A stretch of DNA of 32,000 nucleotides from Sinorhizobium meliloti (GTDB lineage: Bacteria > Pseudomonadota > Alphaproteobacteria > Rhizobiales > Rhizobiaceae): contig NZ_JAGIOS010000001.1 in assembly GCF_017876815.1 (NCBI RefSeq), forward strand, positions 2,850,001 through 2,882,000, given 5' to 3'. The notes under the pieces are model-generated. The model saw only the letters and a program-made list of their open reading frames with translations. It made no database searches and was not told the DNA's origin. Shown piece by piece: positions 25,732 to 32,000 of the stretch (positions are counted from its first letter, which is position 1; every line of letters starts with the position of its first letter). The position numbers and the translations under genes were made by a program.

Positions 25732-26520
25732 CCCTGAAAGCAGCGATGCCAGCCCTCCATTGGCAAGGCCGGCGGGGCGCAGGATAATCGTCAAACAGCC
25801 GCCCAGCGACCGGCAAAAACGCGCCATTCCTGGGTCACAGTAGCGAATCGGCGAAGAAATTTGCGCCATTTGCGCAAGAGAAGCGGTCCTTGCCACAATT
25901 TCGCTTCACCTAACCGGCAAGTTTTCGCCTGCTAACCACCGGCTGGCAGGGGAATTTCGAACTCTCGCAAAGCGACCGCCATCAGGTTGGGGGCACGGCC
26001 ATTGCAATTCGCGGGCCGGCTGCAACACCGGGCTGAAAATCCATATTCGATTTTCGGGGGCCGGCCATGTGCAGCCTCAAAGCGCTAGAGAGTCCTTCGT
26101 GCTTTGTGACGAAGGCGTGGTGCAGCCTTGACGGCTGTCGACACGGTACTGCTTACGGGCGGACCGTGCAGCGATTCAGGCATGCGGGCTTGGAGCCTTT
26201 AACGGGCGCCGGGCGCGGCCGTTTGCTGCACGCCTCGTTCAAGGACGCTCTAGCCCTTTGATTCCGGAGCATTCTTCATCCGCGATCGGGACGCATTCCC
26301 GAATGCGGAGCGGCTCGGCGCGTGCATATGCGCGTCTGCGGAAGGGGCGAACTTCTTGCGGTGGACGGGAAACGAAGAGGCAGGCGAAGGCCGGCATGAC
26401 GCCGTCCGCGCCGGCTGCATGTCGCCGGATCGCAGTCGATCCGGAAACAGGCAGCAAAACCAGGTGCTACGGCGACTTTTGCGTCTGATTGGACCGTAGC
26501 GCTGTGAGGGAGACCAACTC

Positions 26521-26964
26521 ATGAAGGTTGTCGCGCTTCTGACTGCAGCATTTCTTGCGCTTACGTCACCCGACACCGCATCAGCGGGAATGCTGACCCA
26601 GGCGCAGCAATATGCCGGGCTGCACGAGGTGAAAAACAACAGGCGCCTGCGCGCCGCTCTCGGCATCAATCCGGCCCGTACGCCATGGTGCGGCCATTTC
26701 ATGGGAATGGTTGCCCGGAAGTCCGGCCGGCAGCCACCGAAGAGCTATGGCATCGCCCGCTCGTGGCTGAGGTTCGGTGCTCCCGTCAAGCTGTCCTACG
26801 CACGCCCCGGCGACGTCGTCGTCGTCAGAGCCGGACGGAGCTATCACGTCGGCGTCCTGTCGCAGATGTCCAAATCGACCGCACGTCTTATCGGCGGGAA
26901 CCAGTCGGGCCGCGTGCAATTGTCTTATTTCAGCCGGGCCCAGGTGGTGGCGGTAAGAAGATAG
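26521..26964 (+). CDS. Secreted CHAP/NlpC-P60-like putative peptidoglycan hydrolase
   Basis: 147-aa ORF. Signal peptide is LLTAAFLALTSPDTASA. The Cys motif TPWCGHFM and the His motif GRSYHVGVL are spaced as in CHAP-type amidases. GGGAGA SD is present. Confidence 0.7.
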   Translation: MKVVALLTAAFLALTSPDTASAGMLTQAQQYAGLHEVKNNRRLRAALGINPARTPWCGHFMGMVARKSGRQPPKSYGIARSWLRFGAPVKLSYARPGDVVVVRAGRSYHVGVLSQMSKSTARLIGGNQSGRVQLSYFSRAQVVAVRR

Positions 26965-27114
26965 CGGCCAAGGCCGCGCACGGGTTCATCGCAACTTTCA
27001 CTCTCTGGCGGACGGCTACGCTCCGGAGGGCTCGCGCGCGGCACAATCTGCAGCTTTACACTCTTGCTCGTCCCGCTCTAATCTCCGCGGCAATTCAATG
27101 TGGAATTGCCCCTG

Positions 27115-28221
27115 ATGTCGCTTCGCCTTGCCACCTTCAATATCGAAAACCTCATGAGCCGTTTCGATTTCTCCGGCTTTCGCAATCAGCTCAAGCAGGA
27201 TCGGGTGTTGCGGCTCTTCGACGTTCGCAGCGAGGCGGAATACCAACGTCTGGAAGAGGCGCGCACGATCGCGCACACGGATGACACCCGGCAGATGTCG
27301 GCGCTGGCGATTGCCGATTGCGACGCCGATATTCTCTGCCTGCAGGAGGCCGACAACATGGCGGCACTGCAGGCCTTCGAGTATGGCTATCTGTTCCGCA
27401 TGGCCGGCAACGGCTATCGCCAGAAATACCTGGTCGAGGGCAACGACTCCCGCGGCATAGATGTCGCCGTGCTGATGCGGGAGGAGACCCGTGACGGCCA
27501 GAAGATCGAGTGCCTGGAGGTCAAGAGCCACGCTGCGCTCACCTATGAGGATCTCGACCTTTTCAACGACGAGCTGGCACTTACGAACCGGCCCCGCGAC
27601 CGCATCTTCAAACGCGATTGCCTCGAAGTGGACGTGAGAATCGGCGGGCGGCCGCTGACCCTCTATGTCGTGCATCTCAAGTCCATGGGGCCGGCGCGCG
27701 AGGGTCTCGACGGCCGCCAGGCGACGATGGCCGTGCGTATCGCGGAGGTGAAGGCTGTGCGCCATATCATCGAACGCCGCTTCGGCCGTGGACATACGGC
27801 CGACAAAGTCTTCGCGATCTGTGGCGACATGAACGATTATCAGGAGAAGGTGAAGGTGCTGGGCGACAGGCGCAACGGCTATGAATTCTTGCCGCATGAG
27901 GAGACGACCAGCGCGCTCGACGTCCTCAGCCACGACGGTTTTGTCGAAAATCCCAATCTGCGCCGGCCGGTCCTCGACCGATGGACGCTCTTCCACAGCA
28001 GGGGGCCGGAAGATCGGCATCTCTGCCAGCTCGACTATATCTGGCTGTCGCCGGAGCTGGCGCGCCGCAACGCGGCCCGGCTGCCTGAAATCATCCGTGC
28101 CGGGCAGCCCTATCGCACGATCTTTCCCGCGGGGCAGGAGGTCGAGCGTTATCCGCGCACCGGCTGGGACCGGCCGAAGGCCTCCGACCACTGCCCTGTC
28201 GTGATGACCCTGGACATTTGA
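27115..28221 (+). CDS. Endonuclease/exonuclease/phosphatase (EEP) family protein
   Basis: EEP motifs appear in order: LATFNIENL, ILCLQEADN, GIDVAVL, VVHLKS, ICGDMND, SDHCPVVMTLDI. Confidence 0.8.
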   Translation: MSLRLATFNIENLMSRFDFSGFRNQLKQDRVLRLFDVRSEAEYQRLEEARTIAHTDDTRQMSALAIADCDADILCLQEADNMAALQAFEYGYLFRMAGNGYRQKYLVEGNDSRGIDVAVLMREETRDGQKIECLEVKSHAALTYEDLDLFNDELALTNRPRDRIFKRDCLEVDVRIGGRPLTLYVVHLKSMGPAREGLDGRQATMAVRIAEVKAVRHIIERRFGRGHTADKVFAICGDMNDYQEKVKVLGDRRNGYEFLPHEETTSALDVLSHDGFVENPNLRRPVLDRWTLFHSRGPEDRHLCQLDYIWLSPELARRNAARLPEIIRAGQPYRTIFPAGQEVERYPRTGWDRPKASDHCPVVMTLDI

Positions 28222-28223
28222 AG

Positions 28224-28973
28224 ATGACCTTGCCCGAAACCGACCAGGCGCAATGGCCTCTCGACGGGACGATCTTTCCGGTCGCTGAAATCGATATAGA
28301 GGTCTCGCCCGAGCCTCACCCGTTCCATCTGGCAGAGGCGGAGCGGGCGCGCGAAAGCTGGGGGCGGGAAATCGCCGCGAACCCACACCTATTCGACGGC
28401 AGGATGGTACTGCAGAGATCGGTCCGGATCACAGACGGGCGCATCAGCGCGCGTGCCCATATCGTTCCCTATTCGACCTTTCTCTGGTGGCGGAAAACGA
28501 GGGCGGCGGGCGCGAGCCATATCTTTGGCATGCCGATGCTCGTCTCTTCGGACGGTGCCTTGATCGCTATCCGCATGGGTGCGCATACGGCCAATCCGGG
28601 GCGGGTCTACAGCCCAGGCGGTTCGCTGGAGCCTGAGGACATCATCGACGGGCGCTGCGATGTCGCCCGCAACATCGCGCGCGAGGTCATGGAGGAAACC
28701 GGCATCTCGCTTTCCGAGGCGATCGCAGAACCGGGCTGGCACGCCATCCGCATGGATGGCACCCTTACCGTTTTCCGCGTTTTCCGTTTGGCGGCCACGG
28801 CGGAGGAAATCCTTGCGCGGGTGGCGGCGCATGTCGCTGCCGATCCCCATCCCGAGATCGACGAGGCGGTGGCGATCCGCGGGCCGGAGCCGGCCGCACA
28901 TAATTATCCGGAGTTCATTCCACCCATACTCGAATGGCTTTTTGCGCGTGTCCGCGGGCAGCAGACGGCGTGA
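28224..28973 (+). CDS. NUDIX hydrolase with ~110-aa N-terminal extension
   Basis: The Nudix box is GGSLEPEDIIDGRCDVARNIAREVMEETGI (GX5EX7REUXEEXGU). The ATG lies 2 nt after the EEP gene stop. Confidence 0.8.
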   Translation: MTLPETDQAQWPLDGTIFPVAEIDIEVSPEPHPFHLAEAERARESWGREIAANPHLFDGRMVLQRSVRITDGRISARAHIVPYSTFLWWRKTRAAGASHIFGMPMLVSSDGALIAIRMGAHTANPGRVYSPGGSLEPEDIIDGRCDVARNIAREVMEETGISLSEAIAEPGWHAIRMDGTLTVFRVFRLAATAEEILARVAAHVAADPHPEIDEAVAIRGPEPAAHNYPEFIPPILEWLFARVRGQQTA

Positions 28974-29149
28974 AGGAACGCTGCCGCGGCATTTTGCCTT
29001 GCCGCCGGGGCGCTGGCGTTGCAAGGTCGCGAGCGGTGCGGCACCGCAGAGTTTTGCACCCGACGTCGCGGCGTCGGCAGAGGGGATCTTCGTAACACCG
29101 CGCTACCCGAACCTAACCCACAGCGACCCGGACCAATAAGGGGACATGT

Positions 29150-30067
29150 ATGGCACGGCGTTACGCGATCTACGATGTCTTTACCGAAAGGCGGCTGGCG
29201 GGCAATCCTCTTGCCGTGGTGTTCGAAGCCGAGGGGCTTGCCGAGGAAGCCATGCAGGCTATCGCCCAGGAGTTCAACCTTTCCGAAACGGTCTTCATCC
29301 TGCGGCCCGGCAACGCCGCCCATTCCGCCCGCCTCCGGATATTCACGCCGGCACACGAACTGCCCTTCGCCGGGCACCCGACGGTCGGAGCGGCCGTAGC
29401 AATTGCGGAAGCGGCCTACGGGGAGGCCAACAGTGCGCTCGAACTGATGCAGGTGCTGGAGGAAAGCGTGGGGCCGGTCCGCGCTGCCGTCAGGCTGAAG
29501 CCGGGAGCGGCGACCTTCGCCGAATTCGACCTGCCGCGCAAACCGATCCGGCTCCACGCGCAGTTGGACCGGCAGGAGATCGCCGACGCGCTTGCGCTCA
29601 AGACGACGCAGGTCGGCTTTGAAAATCATGTTCCGTCGTTCTGGAGCGCCGGCGTTCCCTTCGTCATGATACCCCTTCGCGACGTCGGCGCGGCGGCTTC
29701 GGTGGAATTCGATCCGCAGCGCTGGGAGCACTTGGCACCCCTTGCCGAAGGCCGGCTCGCGGCAGCCTATCTCTACTGTCGCGGCGGCATCAACCATACA
29801 GCCCGCTTTCATGCCCGGATGTTCGCCCCGGGCATGGGCCTCGCCGAGGACCCGGCGACCGGCTCGGCCGTGGCCGCTCTTTCCGGCGCCATCAACTTCT
29901 TCGACGGCCTGGTCGACGGCCATCATCCGATGCTGATCGAGCAGGGCGTGGAAATGGGCCGCCCTTCCTTCATTCATCTGCATCTGGACATAGCGGAGGG
30001 CAAGATCGCGGGCGCGCGGATAGGCGGCCATGCCGTAAAAGTTGCCGAAGGGGAGCTGGCGGTCTGA
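29150..30067 (+). CDS. PhzF-family (phenazine biosynthesis-like) isomerase/epimerase
   Basis: 305-aa ORF. Family motifs are YDVFTERRLAGNPLAVV, EFNLSETVFIL, RIFTPAHELPFAGHPTVG and FAPGMGLAEDPATGSA. Confidence 0.85.
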   Translation: MARRYAIYDVFTERRLAGNPLAVVFEAEGLAEEAMQAIAQEFNLSETVFILRPGNAAHSARLRIFTPAHELPFAGHPTVGAAVAIAEAAYGEANSALELMQVLEESVGPVRAAVRLKPGAATFAEFDLPRKPIRLHAQLDRQEIADALALKTTQVGFENHVPSFWSAGVPFVMIPLRDVGAAASVEFDPQRWEHLAPLAEGRLAAAYLYCRGGINHTARFHARMFAPGMGLAEDPATGSAVAALSGAINFFDGLVDGHHPMLIEQGVEMGRPSFIHLHLDIAEGKIAGARIGGHAVKVAEGELAV

Positions 30068-30134
30068 AGTGGCGGCACGAAGGACGCACGAATGCACTGC
30101 GCTGAAATTTTTGCAGAAAACTTGCAAAGGGCGC

Positions 30135-30162
30135 TGGACAAGCCCGGCGAACGCCATTATAC
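30135..30162 (+). promoter_or_regulatory. Possible promoter of tRNA-Lys
   Basis: TGGACA (30135-30140), a 16-nt spacer, then TTATAC (30157-30162), about 33 nt upstream of the mature tRNA 5' end. Confidence 0.35.
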
Positions 30163-30195
30163 GCCCCACCAGACCGCTGCGAAGCGGTTCCGGTC

Positions 30196-30271
<76 letters not shown>

Positions 30272-30358
30272 AAAACCTCTTGAAATCATTGTAGAATTTC
30301 CAAGTTGTCCGGTATTTCCGGACAGCTGGTTTCCAAGAAATTGGAAACGGTTTCCAAT

Positions 30359-31570
30359 TCACGTTCCGTTCTTGTTCCTGAAAGCCGCCGGCTCGATCTC
30401 GCTCCAGCGTGCTTCCATGAGCTTCATCGCGTCCTTCGCCAGGCTCCTCAAAGCCACCTCTCGGCCGTAGTGCTGCACCATCTGCGCCGACATGTTGCAG
30501 ATCGCTCCGACCTGGTTCTCGGTGCAGCCAACCTCCAGCAGATTGATCACAGCGTTCTTGCGCAGACCGTGGAAGACGATCCGGTTTTCTCGGAACGGCT
30601 TGAACGCGTCCTTCGCCATGAGCTTCTGCCATTCGGTCCGGAAACCGTCGGGGCTCTTGTATGACGTGGCGCGAGCGCCGGCGTGCAGCATCACGCTATC
30701 GGACGTCGGCACGCGATCGATCCATTTCCGATAGGCGAAGTGGATCGGAATCCAAACTGTGTTTCCCGTCTTCTGCGCACGAACGGCGATCGTGTTCTCG
30801 CCGGCCTTCGGCTTCGTCATAGCCAGCACATCGCCCTGGCGCTGCCCGGTGAAGAATGCCGACATGGCGATCATCTGCATATGGAACGGTGCGTGCTCCA
30901 GCAGGATCTCAAAAGCCCAGTTCGGCCACGGCACCCACGGTTCTCCGCCAGGTATCTTTTCCGTCATCTCCACGACGTTGGTCTTGCAGTAGCCGCGGGA
31001 GGCGCCCCACGCCATCAGGCGGGACAGGAATGCTCGGAACTGGTTTGCCTTCGCCGGCGTCTCTCCGAGGGCGTCTATCGCGTCCTGCGCGTCGACCGTC
31101 GTCAAGTCGACGGGAAGGTCGTCTCCCCATGTCTCCTTAATGATGTCGCCAGATGTTCGGTAGCCGCGCTGGGTGGAAGCCGCCAGCTTGGTCCAGAAGG
31201 GGTTGGTCTCGCTCTGGAAGGCTTCGACGAGCGCCTTGAAATCCTTGATGCCCTGGCGGCCACGGCGGATGAATGCTTCGTGTGCCTTCGTGGCCTCGGG
31301 CCAAAACTCTTTGCTCTTCAGGTCCGGTAGCCGCTTGCCGTCCAGCAGAAAGCCCTTCTCATCGCGGGCCATGGCTTCACAGATCGACAGGCGTTCGGAG
31401 AACTCCTTCTCGAGCGGTTCCGGAAGGGCGATCGACGGCCACGCCTCCTTGGTGTTCCGAAACCTTGTGTAGAAGGTGTAGACGGTTTGCGAACCGTTGG
31501 CGCGTCGCTTGATGACGCGGTGCACGTGCTTAGGCAGTTCCACCGTTCCGCTTTTCCCTGATCTTTTCAC
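30359..31570 (-). CDS. Tyrosine recombinase / phage-type integrase
   Basis: 403-aa ORF. Box I Arg is in FFTGQRQGDVL, H-x-x-R in VFHGLRKNAV, and the catalytic Tyr in MVQHYGRE. The start is GTG 31570 or GTG 31543. Confidence 0.9.
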   Translation of the reverse strand: MKRSGKSGTVELPKHVHRVIKRRANGSQTVYTFYTRFRNTKEAWPSIALPEPLEKEFSERLSICEAMARDEKGFLLDGKRLPDLKSKEFWPEATKAHEAFIRRGRQGIKDFKALVEAFQSETNPFWTKLAASTQRGYRTSGDIIKETWGDDLPVDLTTVDAQDAIDALGETPAKANQFRAFLSRLMAWGASRGYCKTNVVEMTEKIPGGEPWVPWPNWAFEILLEHAPFHMQMIAMSAFFTGQRQGDVLAMTKPKAGENTIAVRAQKTGNTVWIPIHFAYRKWIDRVPTSDSVMLHAGARATSYKSPDGFRTEWQKLMAKDAFKPFRENRIVFHGLRKNAVINLLEVGCTENQVGAICNMSAQMVQHYGREVALRSLAKDAMKLMEARWSEIEPAAFRNKNGT

Positions 31571-31814
31571 GGAACTTCGCTCCCAATCCTGAGGACATCG
31601 TCGATGTGCCGAGGTTCATCGCCCGGTCCAGATCCTCACGATACCAGAACTTCCGTCGCGTGCTGTCAACGATGCGCGGGTTCGGATAGGTCGTTCCGAC
31701 GCGCTCGAGGAAATCTTCGACATGCTTTTCCCCGCAATACCCGGCAGCCATGTCAGCGGACATGCGAGGCGGCCAGCTGCCTGGGGGAACGAGGGATTGG
31801 CGACGTTCTCTCAT
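31530..31814 (-). CDS. Putative excisionase/AlpA-like DNA-binding protein
   Basis: 94-aa ORF. The pattern MSADMAAGYCGEKHVEDFLERVGTTYPNPRIV...RKFWYREDLDRAM resembles phage Xis/HTH_17 proteins. It lies immediately upstream of int and forms an ATGA overlap with the preceding ORF. Confidence 0.55.
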   Translation of the reverse strand: MRERRQSLVPPGSWPPRMSADMAAGYCGEKHVEDFLERVGTTYPNPRIVDSTRRKFWYREDLDRAMNLGTSTMSSGLGAKFREKIREKRNGGTA

Positions 31815-31996
31815 CTTTCGCCTCTCTTCGCCGCTTCCCGCTCATTTGCGATCGCCGTCCCGATCGCCAACAGGACTTCGATATGGGTCATCGGCCGAGG
31901 CGGACCGGCTATAGCCTTTGCTACCGTGCGGATCTCCTCGGGAAGAGCGTAGTATTCGCGCGTGGCGGGGGTGGCGTTGGTCAGGTCGGGGATCAT
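31811..31996 (-). CDS. Hypothetical small island/phage protein
   Basis: 61-aa ORF, translationally coupled (ATGA) to the Xis-like gene. No motif was recognised. Confidence 0.4.
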   Translation of the reverse strand: MIPDLTNATPATREYYALPEEIRTVAKAIAGPPRPMTHIEVLLAIGTAIANEREAAKRGER

Positions 31997-32000
31997 GGCT

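Larger units (their letters stand above)
30272..32000. mobile_element. Left end of an integrated element (prophage or genomic island) inserted at tRNA-Lys; continues beyond the window
   Basis: A tyrosine integrase gene ends 88 nt from the tRNA 3' end, followed by an Xis-like gene and a small ORF with overlapping stop/start codons. The sequence is visibly less GC-rich than the flanking chromosome. Confidence 0.75.

Noticed and set aside
26067-26702. Small ORFs in the 25.7-26.5 kb gap (64 aa +, 72 aa -, 150 aa -)
   Set aside because: They have no SD and are Cys/Arg-rich with odd composition. The 150-aa ORF overlaps the signal-peptide region of the CHAP hydrolase gene on the opposite strand.
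27016-28386. 456-aa minus-strand ORF
   Set aside because: It is antisense to the EEP gene, whose ordered catalytic motifs are all present. The antisense ORF has no motifs and no SD.
28904-30169. 421-aa minus-strand ORF
   Set aside because: It is antisense to the PhzF-family gene, which has clear family motifs.
30084-30194. 36-codon ORF (MHCAEIFAENLQ...) upstream of the tRNA
   Set aside because: It reads into the tRNA gene and covers the putative tRNA promoter. It has only a weak SD (AAGGAC).

Overview
High-GC alphaproteobacterial chromosomal DNA. Gene content, repeat family and operon organisation look like Sinorhizobium/Ensifer (meliloti group). This placement rests on recognised proteins and motifs only, because no database search was possible.

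Gene content, left to right:
- A partial secreted-protein gene.
- A class III adenylate cyclase with a duplicated membrane hairpin.
- An orphan OpuAC-type binding protein, translationally coupled to an L,D-transpeptidase.
- A small lipoprotein.
- A PLP aminotransferase.
- A GST/aldo-keto reductase pair.
- The cold-shock operon cspA-orf-rpsU.
- An AfuA/FbpABC-like ABC importer, whose ATPase gene appears frameshifted at its 5' end.
- A HAD-IIB phosphatase fused to a P-loop NTPase.
- A small Lys-rich hydrophilic protein.
- The short FtsZ paralogue ftsZ2.
- A cyclase-TPR protein.
- A PQQ-dependent sugar dehydrogenase.
- A TRAP transporter (P, Q, M).
- An orphan TadG-like protein.
- A secreted CHAP/NlpC-P60-like hydrolase.
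- A coupled EEP-nuclease/Nudix pair.
- A PhzF-family isomerase.
- tRNA-Lys(CUU), with the left end of an integrated element (integrase, Xis-like gene, small ORF) running off the window.

Most noteworthy non-obvious signals:
- Two exact matches to the alphaproteobacterial general-stress (EcfG/RpoE2) promoter consensus GGAAC-N16/17-CGTT. One lies upstream of the HAD-P-loop fusion gene and one upstream of the small hydrophilic protein gene.
- A 33-codon hydrophobic mini-ORF with a strong SD, below the ORF-track cutoff.
- A palindromic intergenic repeat family with 47-nt identical copies.
- Several long non-coding gaps containing structured hairpins.

I see no system that I can prove is novel. The HAD-P-loop fusion, the EEP-Nudix pair and the tRNA-Lys island are the best candidates for follow-up. 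Many long ORFs in the track are antisense or alternate-frame artefacts of high GC content.
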